NCBI GenBank assembly: GCA_025362675.1
Contig: JANYFN010000226.1
Location: 3,835-67,834 of the forward strand
Reading direction: 5' to 3'
Source: Limisphaerales bacterium
GTDB taxonomy: Bacteria; Verrucomicrobiota; Verrucomicrobiia; Limisphaerales; UBA11358
Length of the DNA stretch: 64,000 bases
Position 1 is the first letter of the stretch, and each line of letters opens with the position of its first letter. Of this stretch, positions 37,536 through 47,696 are shown in pieces. Below the pieces are notes generated by a model. The model made no database searches and was not told the DNA's origin. It saw only the letters and a program-made list of their open reading frames with translations. A program made the translations under genes and the position numbers.

Positions 37536-40211
37536 ATGAAAACTATTGATCACTTCACTTTGCGCCGTGCCTTCGCCATACTAACCACTGGCTTGGCCCT
37601 CGGTGGCATTGGCGGGACTAATTCCCGCGCCGCGGATATGTATCGCATGCAGGAACTCCATGAAGGCGGGATTCCAGCAGTGACAACCATCAACATGATT
37701 GATTCGCCCACAAACACGACGTTCTCCTGGTATGGTATGCGCGGTTGGAGCACAGTCTTGGCTTCTACAAATCTCACGGATTGGTTCCCCTTCGCTTCCA
37801 CGATGGCAACCGAATATGATTGGTCCGTGAAGGCTGGCAAACCTGACGGGTCCTACTTTTTCAAGTTGGCCCAGACGAACTATTACGCGGGATCAGCCGA
37901 GTGCAGCAGTTGCCACGGCGATAAATATATTACCTGGACTCACACTGAGCACGGGAACGCTTTGAGCGTGCTGAGTTCGATTGGAATGGACAATAACTCC
38001 AGTTGCCTGCCCTGCCACACCGTTGGGTTCGGCCAGCCAACCGGCTACACTAACTCGGCGCTTACTCCGCACCTAGCAAATGTAGGCTGCGAAAATTGTC
38101 ACGGAGCAGCAGGCTGGCATAAGAACAGCGACCACGCGCTGATTAGACCAGCGGTAAGTATCGACCCTGCTATTTGTGGCAGTTGCCATCAAGACAGCCA
38201 TCACCCAACCTTCGAGGAATACTCGGAATCCTTGCATTCACAGGTGAATGATGACGTCAAATATGGTTTCAACAGCGGTGTCTATTACACAAATACAATC
38301 ACGCTTGGCGGGACTAATCTATATGGCTATTACGTGACGACCAACGCCAATGGAACCCTCAAAACAAATGCTACGACAGGTATTGTTCATAGCTTCAATG
38401 GACTGCAAACTTTGCCGAACTTGCAATTTACTTATGACTTGGGCCAAGATCGGGCGGCGGCTTGCGGTGTTTGCCATTCAGGCGCCACGCGCATGGCCAT
38501 GCTGAGTGACTACGCAGACCGCCTTAGTGGACATACTAATGCGCTCGTCATGGCCACCGGTAAAGATGCCGGCGCGTGGGGTCCAACCTGCGCCGTATGC
38601 CATGATCCGCATGCAAAATATAATGTCGCCCAACTGCGCAATCCAACGTGGTCATCAAACTTCTTCACGATGCCCACCACGACCGATAAGCGTAATATTC
38701 TGTCCACAAATTTTATGGGCGCAGTTTCGACCAGTGTTGTGTTCATGAACACGGCATTCGCAACTCTGTATAACCCGAACATCAATATCTGTGGTCAGTG
38801 CCATAACACGCGCGGCGCGCGCTGGGACGGGCGGGCCTACGGCTTAATCACCAATACGGTGGCTAGTGGACCAGTGACTAATGTTGTTTACGTAGATGTT
38901 TACACAAACACTACCATCACCCAAGTGTTCACGAACAGCTCAGGCATCCCGTATCTGACTAACACCTATAATTACAGCTATATTGTCGGACGCATCGCAA
39001 CTAATTCTGTCACCACACCGACCAACCTAGTCGTCTCGGCTGGACTGACGGCTAATGTGACTGGCTATAGTCGTGCGCCCCATAATTCAGTCCAATACAA
39101 CATCCTTATCGGCATTCTACAAACGGACTACCTGAATTCCACCAACGGCAAGTCGGTCTATACAAACGGCGTGTTGACCAACGGAGTCGGAATCTACGCG
39201 ACGCATAGCGGGATCGCCCCTAGATCAATCTTCAATACAAACCAATGCGCGACCTGCCACGTGCCCAATTATGCAGTGAATCCCACCACCACAGTGCTTG
39301 GCCACACATTTGATCTGGATACAATGGGTTGTGCTCTGGGAGGCTGCCATACGTCTGGTTTCCCAGACTATCTTGGGACTCAAGCCAAGACGACGAACAA
39401 CATCGCCCGCGTAGTTGACTTACTCAATCGCTGGGCCACTAACAATGCCCCGGCTATCCTGACGACAAATTACAATAAATATAGACAGAACAGTTGGGAA
39501 TTCACGGCCCCGGGCGTGCTTGCGAGCATTACCAATGCCGGTCCGTCGGCGGCGGATCAGTTGAAGTTGCCCGATGTGATCCGTCAAGCGCGCTTCAACA
39601 CCTACATGGTTCGCAATGACGGCAGCCTGGGCGTGCATAATCCGACCTTCATCCCGTTGCTCTTGAGGGATGCCGAATTCAAGGTGCTCAGCCAGTTCAC
39701 CGTTGCCAAATTCACGGCGAATTCGCCTGATATTGCGTTGAATGGCGTCGTTACCTTCACGAACATGAATTCCGGGGTTTCTGATAGCACCTGGGACTTC
39801 GGTGACGGCGTGATTACCAACACCACCGCCCGGACGTTGACCCACAAATACACCGCGGTTGGACTCTTCTCCGTGACACTGACAGCGACCGATGTCAACG
39901 GGACCGAAACCTTGACGCGTAATAACTATGTAAGCGTGTTTGATCTGGTAGTGCCGAGCTTCACGTTCACTGCGGGCGGGCTCACACATCCCGTCACGGT
40001 CAACTTCACGAACACCAGTATCAATGCTGAATATGGCAAATGGTCGCTCTATGATAGCAGCGGCTTCATGGCCACATCCAATCGGTTGTTAGGTGTCTCA
40101 GGCATGACTGCTTCTTATAACTACACTAATGCCGGGACTTATAAAGTGTTGCTGCAAGCCAGCAATCCCGGTGGCAGTGCCAGCATCACTAATACGATCA
40201 CTATCAACTGA
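37536..40211 (+). CDS. Secreted multiheme cytochrome c (c554-like N-terminal heme block) with two C-terminal PKD domains
   Basis: 891 aa with a signal peptide. Has 8 CXXCH plus one CX4CH (CALGGCH). The c554-like pattern is CSSCHGDKYITW..H...CLPCHTVGFG...VGCENCHGAAGWH. The PKD-like units begin around WDFGDGV...HKYTAVGLFSVTLTATD. Confidence 0.85.
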   Translation: MKTIDHFTLRRAFAILTTGLALGGIGGTNSRAADMYRMQELHEGGIPAVTTINMIDSPTNTTFSWYGMRGWSTVLASTNLTDWFPFASTMATEYDWSVKAGKPDGSYFFKLAQTNYYAGSAECSSCHGDKYITWTHTEHGNALSVLSSIGMDNNSSCLPCHTVGFGQPTGYTNSALTPHLANVGCENCHGAAGWHKNSDHALIRPAVSIDPAICGSCHQDSHHPTFEEYSESLHSQVNDDVKYGFNSGVYYTNTITLGGTNLYGYYVTTNANGTLKTNATTGIVHSFNGLQTLPNLQFTYDLGQDRAAACGVCHSGATRMAMLSDYADRLSGHTNALVMATGKDAGAWGPTCAVCHDPHAKYNVAQLRNPTWSSNFFTMPTTTDKRNILSTNFMGAVSTSVVFMNTAFATLYNPNINICGQCHNTRGARWDGRAYGLITNTVASGPVTNVVYVDVYTNTTITQVFTNSSGIPYLTNTYNYSYIVGRIATNSVTTPTNLVVSAGLTANVTGYSRAPHNSVQYNILIGILQTDYLNSTNGKSVYTNGVLTNGVGIYATHSGIAPRSIFNTNQCATCHVPNYAVNPTTTVLGHTFDLDTMGCALGGCHTSGFPDYLGTQAKTTNNIARVVDLLNRWATNNAPAILTTNYNKYRQNSWEFTAPGVLASITNAGPSAADQLKLPDVIRQARFNTYMVRNDGSLGVHNPTFIPLLLRDAEFKVLSQFTVAKFTANSPDIALNGVVTFTNMNSGVSDSTWDFGDGVITNTTARTLTHKYTAVGLFSVTLTATDVNGTETLTRNNYVSVFDLVVPSFTFTAGGLTHPVTVNFTNTSINAEYGKWSLYDSSGFMATSNRLLGVSGMTASYNYTNAGTYKVLLQASNPGGSASITNTITIN

Positions 40212-40238
40212 AACTAACCAGACAAGTTTGATGTCACA

Positions 40239-40280
40239 CAGGCTTTGGTCGAAGATCCGACCAAAGCCTGTCCTTTTTTA
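40239..40280 (+). terminator. Rho-independent terminator candidate
   Basis: A perfect 13-bp stem (caggctttggtcg / cgaccaaagcctg) with a 6-nt loop, followed by tcctttttt. It begins 28 nt after the stop of the PKD cytochrome. Confidence 0.7.
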
Positions 40281-40422
40281 AAAAGTATGCCGGGCTTGCC
40301 TGGCTGCGCCTGAGCGCTCCTCGGAATCCACAATTAACCGACGGTTAGCTTGTGACAATTTACGGTGAGTCTCCCGCCTAGTTTTGAATTATTTAATGGG
40401 AAGACATCAACAAATTATGACT

Positions 40423-41508
40423 ATGAAAATAAATATCAAACCACGGTTTATAAAGGTCGGCGGCTTTTGCCTGTTGTTGACGCTATTTAATGGCTGCAGC
40501 ACCACGACCACCAGCAAGTCAACCCAGCCCTATACTTTTTTTCCCTCCGCTCCGGATCAACCGCGCATTCAATACCTGACCGCTTTTGCGTCGGACGCCG
40601 ATATGGGCAAAAGCACCGGATTCGCCGATTTTATCACGGGCGAACAAAAGTCAGCCGACCCTTTGGTGAAGCCGTATGGCATTGCGCTGCACGAAGGAAA
40701 TATTTTCGTTTGCGACACGGTGTCCGGCATGGTCGAGGTGTTTGACTTGAAAAAAAATCACGCAAGCTACTTTTCGCCGCAGGGTGAAGGAAAGTTGCGT
40801 TTGCCCATTAACATTAGCATTGATACGGATGGAACGCGTTACGTTGCTGACACCGGGCGTCAGCAGGTCATGATCTATCGCGGTGACGGAACTTTTATTG
40901 AGGCGCTCGGCAAGAAGGATGAAATGAAGCCCGTGGATGTGGGTATCACGACTGACCGTCTCTACATCGCTGATTTGAAAAATCATTGTGTAAAAGTTTT
41001 CAGCAAGGCTGATCACAAGTTGCTGTTCACGATTCCAGCTGATGGTCAAAACAGTCAAGCTCGCCTGCTCTCTCCCACCAACCTGACCATCGATAAAAAC
41101 GGCGGACGTTTGCTGGTTTCCGATACCGGCGGCAACGTCGTGCAAGTCTATGATCTTGATGGAAAATATTTACGGACCATTGGTCGCGCGGGTGTGGCCC
41201 CTGGATTGTTTGCCCGTCCGAAAGGCGTGGCGGTGGATCGTCAGGGGCTCGCTTATGTCGTGGATGCGGCAACGCAAGTAGTGCAACTCTTCGATACGGA
41301 GGGCCGATTACTCTTATTCTTCGGTCAAGCTGGTGCCAGCACGCGCGGGGAAGTTCTGCTGCCGGCGGCGGTGAAAGTGGATTATGACCACGTTGGTTAT
41401 TTCCAAAAATTCGTCGCACCCGGCCATCAAATCGAATACCTCATCCTAGTCACCTGTCAGTTCGGCGGTCAGAAAGTCAGTGTGTATGGTTTTTTGAAAC
41501 AACAATAA
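40423..41508 (+). CDS. NHL-repeat six-bladed beta-propeller lipoprotein
   Basis: The ORF opens at TTG 40384. The ATG at 40423 gives MKINIKPRFIKVGGFCLLLTLFNGC (lipobox). Repeated NHL units are present (PKGVAVDRQGLAYVVDAATQVVQLFDTEGRLL and others). Confidence 0.8.
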   Translation: MKINIKPRFIKVGGFCLLLTLFNGCSTTTTSKSTQPYTFFPSAPDQPRIQYLTAFASDADMGKSTGFADFITGEQKSADPLVKPYGIALHEGNIFVCDTVSGMVEVFDLKKNHASYFSPQGEGKLRLPINISIDTDGTRYVADTGRQQVMIYRGDGTFIEALGKKDEMKPVDVGITTDRLYIADLKNHCVKVFSKADHKLLFTIPADGQNSQARLLSPTNLTIDKNGGRLLVSDTGGNVVQVYDLDGKYLRTIGRAGVAPGLFARPKGVAVDRQGLAYVVDAATQVVQLFDTEGRLLLFFGQAGASTRGEVLLPAAVKVDYDHVGYFQKFVAPGHQIEYLILVTCQFGGQKVSVYGFLKQQ

Positions 41509-41535
41509 GTGCTGGCTGCTTAATCGCCCGTTCTG

Positions 41536-42747
41536 ATGAACCTGCCTTTTGCCAAAACCAATTCGCCCCGCCAACGGGGACGGATCTTTGGCGTATTCAT
41601 CGGGCTTTTGTGCGGCCTTTTCATCTTGGCGGGCTGTCGCACGGAGACCAAGCAGAAGTGGCTGAATGTGTTCTTCGATGGCGTGCCGGATCCGAACGCG
41701 ACGAATGTTCTGGGCGCGGCGAAATCAAATGTGCTGATCACCAACTTGGTCAGCGAGGCGCGCGTGCTGCAACCATCCCTGAGCGCGATGAATATTCATT
41801 CGCCTTATGCGAAGCGGGATTGCACCGCGTGCCATGAATCTCAGTTCTCGCAAAAGATGCAAGGCAAGCCGGGCGAAGTTTGTTTCAACTGCCACCTTGA
41901 ACTGAAAAAAAATTTGGAGGCGAGCAAGGTGAAACATCCGCCGGTTCAGGACGGCGACTGTAAAAGCTGCCACAATCCGCATCGCTCACCGAATGCGAAA
42001 TTACTCAACATGGTGGGGAATTCCCTTTGCCTCACCTGCCATGATAATCCGCTCGCAGCGGGCAAGATCAAGCATCAGGCAGTCGAAGCCGGTTCATGTC
42101 TGGATTGTCACGCACCGCACGCCACGAATTTCAAAGGGCTTTTGAAAAAATCCCTCAAAGAAACGTGCGCCGAGTGTCACGTTGATCTGGTGGCGAAGAA
42201 AAAATTTGTGCATCAGCCGGTGGGAGACGGCGATTGTATGGAATGCCACACACCGCACGCGGGTAAATTCAACAAGCTCCTCAAAAAACCGGTGAAAGAA
42301 ACGTGTGCGGAATGTCACGACGAAATCCCGGCGAAGAATGCCAAATCAATTCATCAGCCCGTGGGCGATGGCGACTGTCTCGCATGCCACGATCCGCATG
42401 CCACGGCGAACAAGGCGCTCATTAAAAAAACTGCGCCAGCGTTATGCTGGGATTGCCACGATAATTTTTTGGAGAAGGCGAAGTTCAAACACGATGTCGT
42501 GGATGATTGCATGGGTTGCCATAAGGCACATCAATCGGCGGAGACAAGTTTGTTGGCGAAAAATATTTTGAAGTTGTGCGGCGATTGCCACGACGACAAA
42601 GATTTGAAAGCTGTGAAAGCTCACGCCGGTAATGAAGCCAAGTCCTGCGTGGTCTGTCACGATCCGCACGTGGGCAAAGATAAATTTCTCCTAAAAGGTT
42701 CTGCCGCCACCCAACTGATTGGCAAGGAAGGAGCGGTCGGAAAATGA
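41536..42747 (+). CDS. 13-heme c7/c3-type repeat cytochrome c lipoprotein (periplasmic wire-like)
   Basis: 403 aa with lipobox LFILAGC. Has 13 CXXCH sites arranged as repeated H-x-PV-x-DGDC-x-x-CH-x-PH / C-x-x-CHD units. Confidence 0.85.
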   Translation: MNLPFAKTNSPRQRGRIFGVFIGLLCGLFILAGCRTETKQKWLNVFFDGVPDPNATNVLGAAKSNVLITNLVSEARVLQPSLSAMNIHSPYAKRDCTACHESQFSQKMQGKPGEVCFNCHLELKKNLEASKVKHPPVQDGDCKSCHNPHRSPNAKLLNMVGNSLCLTCHDNPLAAGKIKHQAVEAGSCLDCHAPHATNFKGLLKKSLKETCAECHVDLVAKKKFVHQPVGDGDCMECHTPHAGKFNKLLKKPVKETCAECHDEIPAKNAKSIHQPVGDGDCLACHDPHATANKALIKKTAPALCWDCHDNFLEKAKFKHDVVDDCMGCHKAHQSAETSLLAKNILKLCGDCHDDKDLKAVKAHAGNEAKSCVVCHDPHVGKDKFLLKGSAATQLIGKEGAVGK

Positions 42748-44765
42748 AGTTTACCAAGCTCCATCGTCACCCGATTTTTACGAGTCTGCTGTTGGCCGGT
42801 ATCGCACAACGTATGGCACCATCCGCCCGCGCCGAGGAGCCGCGTTGGTTCCGATTGAACGGAATTCCAGAGGCGAGCGTGGGCATGGAAGTAGAAAGCT
42901 CGACGGAGACCACTCGCATAGGCGGCAGCGAATCCAGTTATGAACATATGTTCATCACCCCGCTGGTTGGCCTACAAACTTCTGGCTCGATTTATCATCC
43001 GAACCTATTGACGTTTGACCTCAACGGCGAACTCGGCTGGGGTTGGGATTCGATGACTTCTAAAAATACGGGTGCGACGCAAACCCGGAACGAAAGCGAC
43101 CAGTTGAACCGCTACTTTGCGCAGATCAATTTGCTGCAAGCCAAGCCTTACAACGCTTCGTTTTTTGCTTCGCAGGATCATACCTTCCGCGACTACGGAA
43201 CGTTTGACACATTCACCGTGGACAGCGAGCGCTATGGTGGCCGCATCAATTGGAACAAGGAAAATTTAAGTTTGAACACCGACTTTGGTTATCGCGATGA
43301 AAAATCCACCGGCCTCAACGACTCGTCGGAAATCGCCGAAACGTATTTCAACTTTGTCGGATTGAACCGCCGAAAAAACGGTCAGACCGCCGCAACCTTT
43401 CGGTTCGATCAGTTCGATAATATTTTTAATTCTGGCAGCAAGACGGGCACCATGAATGAGTCAATCGGGCTTTCCGATTCCGAGACCTTCGGCCGTCGCA
43501 ATCAAATCACCTCAGCCACGGGAATAAGTTTCGGCCACTCAGAATACAGCGGGCAGGCATCCGATACCATCAACGCCAATGAAAATGTATCAATCCGCCA
43601 TCGTCCGCATCTAGATAGTTACCTGATGCTGGATTTTGCCCACAACCATCTGCATCCCGAAACCCAATCCCGCTTGCAGGGCACCTATGGCTTGCGCCAT
43701 CAACTATTTGACAGCCTAACCTCCAACTTAGACGCCCATGGCAGCCATCAGGAAAACACCAGCGTGCTTAGTTCCTCCACGAGCGATCGCTATGGTCTGG
43801 GACTATATGAAAGTTATACCAAGCGGCTCCGTTCTTGGGGCAGGCTGACCGCCGGCATGGGAATCGTGGCGGACCATGAGGAAGATAATTCTACCGGCAC
43901 CATTTTCACGAGCATTGATGAATCACATGTGCTCTATGTGCCAACCAGTCCGAGCTATCGCCCGGTTTATTTGAATCGTCCGCGCGTGGTTCCCGGAACG
44001 ATTCAAGTCAACGTAGCCGGTGATGTGCTCATTGAATCAACCGATTATCAAACAGTCACGTCGGGCGAGTTGACGGAAATTCGCCTCATCGTTCCCGTCA
44101 GCAGCCATCTGCAATCGCTCTTACTAAGTAGTGATAACTTGATCGTGTTAGTGACTTATCAAAGCGCTTCGTTGAACAATGCCTCGTTTGAATCGCTGAA
44201 CGGCACGGCGCAAGTCCGTTTGGATCTGCCTGGCGGAGTTGGCATCTATAGCCGCGCGAATTGGATGGAAAATAATGCGCCCGCTGAAATTCTGGTGCAA
44301 ACGCTGACCGATCTCGTCGGCGGGGTTGATTATAGCTGGCATTGGATGCGGGCCGGAGCGGAGTATGAAAATTATGATTCTAATTTCACCCAGTATACAG
44401 CTTACCGCTTTTACCAGAATTTTGATTTTCGAATCGATTCAAAATCAACTTTGAATTTCAACTTCAATGAAACGTTTTACAATTACCCCGATGGTCGCGA
44501 TCAGAATCAGTATCAATTTCTCACCCGTTATAGCTCACAGTTATGGGCAACATTTAGTTGGTATATCGAAGGTGGCCTAATGATTCAGGAGGTTTTGGGA
44601 ACGGATCAACTACAGGGTTCCGCCCGCACCGGCTTTAATTGGCGGCGCGGCAAGCTGACCGTGCGCGCCGGTTACGAATACAACGCGCAAACCTCTTCAT
44701 CCGGTTTGTGGACGGAAGAACGTGAAAAGCACCGTTTTTTCGGTTATATGAAAAGGACGTTTTAA
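42744..44765 (+). CDS. Large outer-membrane beta-barrel protein (porin-like sheath candidate)
   Basis: 673 aa. The ATG overlaps the upstream stop (ATGA). Has a signal peptide, alternating-hydrophobic strands rich in Y/G/N/S/T, no Cys, and a C-terminal ...FGYMKRTF ending in Phe (BAM beta-signal-like). Confidence 0.7.
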   Translation: MKFTKLHRHPIFTSLLLAGIAQRMAPSARAEEPRWFRLNGIPEASVGMEVESSTETTRIGGSESSYEHMFITPLVGLQTSGSIYHPNLLTFDLNGELGWGWDSMTSKNTGATQTRNESDQLNRYFAQINLLQAKPYNASFFASQDHTFRDYGTFDTFTVDSERYGGRINWNKENLSLNTDFGYRDEKSTGLNDSSEIAETYFNFVGLNRRKNGQTAATFRFDQFDNIFNSGSKTGTMNESIGLSDSETFGRRNQITSATGISFGHSEYSGQASDTINANENVSIRHRPHLDSYLMLDFAHNHLHPETQSRLQGTYGLRHQLFDSLTSNLDAHGSHQENTSVLSSSTSDRYGLGLYESYTKRLRSWGRLTAGMGIVADHEEDNSTGTIFTSIDESHVLYVPTSPSYRPVYLNRPRVVPGTIQVNVAGDVLIESTDYQTVTSGELTEIRLIVPVSSHLQSLLLSSDNLIVLVTYQSASLNNASFESLNGTAQVRLDLPGGVGIYSRANWMENNAPAEILVQTLTDLVGGVDYSWHWMRAGAEYENYDSNFTQYTAYRFYQNFDFRIDSKSTLNFNFNETFYNYPDGRDQNQYQFLTRYSSQLWATFSWYIEGGLMIQEVLGTDQLQGSARTGFNWRRGKLTVRAGYEYNAQTSSSGLWTEEREKHRFFGYMKRTF

Positions 44766-44767
44766 TC

Positions 44768-45829
44768 ATGGTCCCGAAATTACAACTGCCGATTCCAGTG
44801 AACCCGCCCCGAGCGAAGGGCGCGCACCCGTGGCTCCGGGTATTGATGTTTGTCGGTTTGCTTTGGTGGCGAGCACCGTTAAATATGTTGGCCAGCGAGA
44901 CTAATACGTTGGCGTGGCCACCGCCACCGGCAAATCCCTATGTCGTTTATGTCCGCACTATCTCCGCTCCAAAAGACATCGGTGTGCGCGCCTCGTTCTT
45001 TACCCGACTCGGCAATACGCTCACCGGGGTTGGAAAGGACGCCAAGAAAATGGAGCGTCCGTTTGGTCTCACGCTGGACGATGCCGATAACCTGGTCATC
45101 ACCGATACGAGTGCAAACTCCGTTGATTATCTCGACTTGGCCGGAAAAAAATGGCGACACTTCACTTCTTCCGGTGGCAAAGCATTCTTATCGCCCGTGG
45201 CCGCCGTGCACCATGGAAAAACTTTTTTTGTGGCTGACTCGGCAGCGGGTAAAGTTATCGCCTTTGACGAGAAAGGAAAAGAGCAGTTCGTCATCACTAA
45301 TGAATTAGCGCGCCCTTCAGGGCTGGCGATACTAGGTGGTAAGCTGCTGATAGCTGACTCTCAACTCCACCAAGTCATTCTCTACGACCTAACTGGACAA
45401 TTCATCTCCAAGTTCGGCCAACGCGGCAAAGGCGAGGGCGAATTTAATTTTCCGACCCACGTTTCCGTTGATACCCACAGCCAAATCTATGTCACGGATT
45501 CCTTGAATCATCGCATCCAGGTCTTCGCTGGCGATGGAAAATATCTCCGCAGTTTCGGCAGCGTCGGTGATGGTCCCGGCCATTTCAGCCGTCCAAAAGG
45601 CGTCGCGGTGGATCGTTCGGGCCACGTTTATGTCGTCGATGCGGTGTTCAACAACGTGCAGATTTTCGATGACCACGGACGACTGTTGCTCGACTTTAGC
45701 GAACCTGGTTCGGAAGCGGGCAAACTCTGTCTGCCCAACGCTATCGCCATCAATTCCAAAAATGAAATTTTCGTAGCGGACGCTTACAATCATCGTATCC
45801 AGGAGTTTCGCTACACCGGCAGAGAATGA
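44768..45829 (+). CDS. NHL-repeat beta-propeller protein
   Basis: 353 aa, starting 2 nt after the barrel gene stop. NHL units include FNFPTHVSVDTHSQIYVTDSLNHRIQVF, FSRPKGVAVDRSGHVYVVDAVFNNVQIF and LCLPNAIAINSKNEIFVADAYNHRIQEF. Confidence 0.85.
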   Translation: MVPKLQLPIPVNPPRAKGAHPWLRVLMFVGLLWWRAPLNMLASETNTLAWPPPPANPYVVYVRTISAPKDIGVRASFFTRLGNTLTGVGKDAKKMERPFGLTLDDADNLVITDTSANSVDYLDLAGKKWRHFTSSGGKAFLSPVAAVHHGKTFFVADSAAGKVIAFDEKGKEQFVITNELARPSGLAILGGKLLIADSQLHQVILYDLTGQFISKFGQRGKGEGEFNFPTHVSVDTHSQIYVTDSLNHRIQVFAGDGKYLRSFGSVGDGPGHFSRPKGVAVDRSGHVYVVDAVFNNVQIFDDHGRLLLDFSEPGSEAGKLCLPNAIAINSKNEIFVADAYNHRIQEFRYTGRE

Positions 45830-47646
45830 AAACTTTTCGACATGATGAGCCGCGATTCAGCCAGCCAGCGACGGCCGGTAAGCCAGGGCAATGGTATTTC
45901 TCGGCCAGAGATCGTGTTTTGAAAAATGTCGTAACCCGACTGATTACATTTATTACCCTAGCTGTTTTTTGGGAGGCTCAGACTGCTTTCGGACAAAATC
46001 CGGACAGTATTGTTTTTTCAAAACATAACCTTTCCCTGAGCAGTCCTGGCACGGTTCATTCGACAACGGAATCAGACATTTGTATTTTTTGCCACACGCC
46101 ACATCAGGCCTCGAATGACGGACCGCTCTGGAATCATAAGATGTCTTCCGAGACTTATACTCCTTATACTAGCCCAACTCTCAAAGCTACGGTCGGACAA
46201 CCTACTGGCTCTTCTAGACTTTGTCTAAGCTGTCACGATGGCACGGTGGCGCTCGGCATGGTTGCCAGTAGAAGCAGTGGCATTGCCATGAATTCGACCA
46301 CCATGCCGGCCGGACCTAGCAACCTAGGCACTGATTTGTCCGCCGATCACCCAGTTTCATTCGAATATAAAGCGGAGGCAGGATTTCTCCGCGATCTGAG
46401 TATGTTGCCGCAGGAGATTCATATGGACCGCGCGGGCCAGATGCAATGCACTGCCTGTCATGATCCGCATAACAATAAGTTCGGAAATTTTCTGGTTTTG
46501 GATAATACCGATTCCGCCCTGTGTTTGAAGTGCCATATTATGCCCGATTGGAGCGGCTCGGCGCATCAGATTTCAACGAAAGCTTTGCCTACTTTTTTGA
46601 AAAGTTTAATGACTGCGCAGAGCGGTTCGACCAAAGATAAAGCTACTGCGAAAACGGTTTCGGTCGCCGCAGCGGGTTGCGAGAGTTGTCACGTCTCCCA
46701 TTCGGCAGGGACTAAAAAGGAATTGATGCGCTTCTCTACTCTGGAGAAAAATTGCCGCTCCTGTCACGACGCCGAAGGACCAGGGCAGAACGTCAGCGCC
46801 GAGTTCAGCAAGATGAGTGCGCACCCGATCTCGCTTGATTCCGAGTCACACACGGCGACTGAGGACCCGATCAATCCCCCGACGCGTCATGTGACGTGCG
46901 CTGACTGTCACAACCCCCACGCTTCCAGCAGCACCCCCGGGAGTCAGGGCAAAATTGCCAGTGCATTGAATGGCGTCACCGGTGTCAGTTCCGGCGGTAG
47001 TAAAATGCGCAACATCACTCACGAATATGAGCTTTGTTATCGCTGCCACGGCGACAGCAATCAGCGCGGACCGGCGCGCGTGCCGCGTCAATTTGTGGAA
47101 ACCAACACGCGCCGCGAGTTCAATCCCGGCAATGTTTCTTTCCATCCCGTGGAAACCACCGGCAAGAACTCCAGCAACGCCAGCTTGCTGTTGCCATTGA
47201 CCACGGCGAGCACGATTGGATGCACCGATTGCCATAACAACGATCAAGGCCCGGCTAATGGCGGCACCGGCACCAAGGGCCCGCACGGCTCCGCCTTTGA
47301 ACCATTGATCGAACGCCCGTTGCTGCTTACCGACGGCACTGCTTATAATCCCGCAAACTTTGCATTGTGTTACAAATGTCATAGTAGCGCGGTGGTGGAT
47401 AGTAATCTCGCCAATAGTTGGGCGTTTCACCGGAAACACATTGAAGATTACCGCGCTGCTTGCACCACCTGCCATGATTCCCACGCCGCGAATCAACCGC
47501 ATTTGATCAATTTTAACACGGAATATGTTAAACCCATGACCGGCGTTTTGAACTATACTTCCACCGGCATCAACCATGGGACTTGCACGCTGACCTGCCA
47601 CGACGGCACCGGACAAAACAAAACGCACAATGCCCTGAGTTACTAA
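45826..47646 (+). CDS. 12-site multiheme cytochrome c
   Basis: 606 aa. The ATG overlaps the upstream stop by 4 nt. Has an N-terminal hydrophobic segment and 11 CXXCH plus one CX3CH (CTLTCH). Confidence 0.85.
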   Translation: MKTFRHDEPRFSQPATAGKPGQWYFSARDRVLKNVVTRLITFITLAVFWEAQTAFGQNPDSIVFSKHNLSLSSPGTVHSTTESDICIFCHTPHQASNDGPLWNHKMSSETYTPYTSPTLKATVGQPTGSSRLCLSCHDGTVALGMVASRSSGIAMNSTTMPAGPSNLGTDLSADHPVSFEYKAEAGFLRDLSMLPQEIHMDRAGQMQCTACHDPHNNKFGNFLVLDNTDSALCLKCHIMPDWSGSAHQISTKALPTFLKSLMTAQSGSTKDKATAKTVSVAAAGCESCHVSHSAGTKKELMRFSTLEKNCRSCHDAEGPGQNVSAEFSKMSAHPISLDSESHTATEDPINPPTRHVTCADCHNPHASSSTPGSQGKIASALNGVTGVSSGGSKMRNITHEYELCYRCHGDSNQRGPARVPRQFVETNTRREFNPGNVSFHPVETTGKNSSNASLLLPLTTASTIGCTDCHNNDQGPANGGTGTKGPHGSAFEPLIERPLLLTDGTAYNPANFALCYKCHSSAVVDSNLANSWAFHRKHIEDYRAACTTCHDSHAANQPHLINFNTEYVKPMTGVLNYTSTGINHGTCTLTCHDGTGQNKTHNALSY

Positions 47647-47696
47647 AAATATTTTAAGCTGATAAGTCTAACCATTAACTAATCCCTACTAATTAT

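Noticed and set aside
40300-40320. Weak sigma-54-like TGGCTGCGCCTGAGCG upstream of the NHL lipoprotein gene.
   Set aside because: The spacing is right, but only 4 of 6 bases match in the -24 element and only GC matches in the -12 element. That is too degenerate to call without a scoring matrix.
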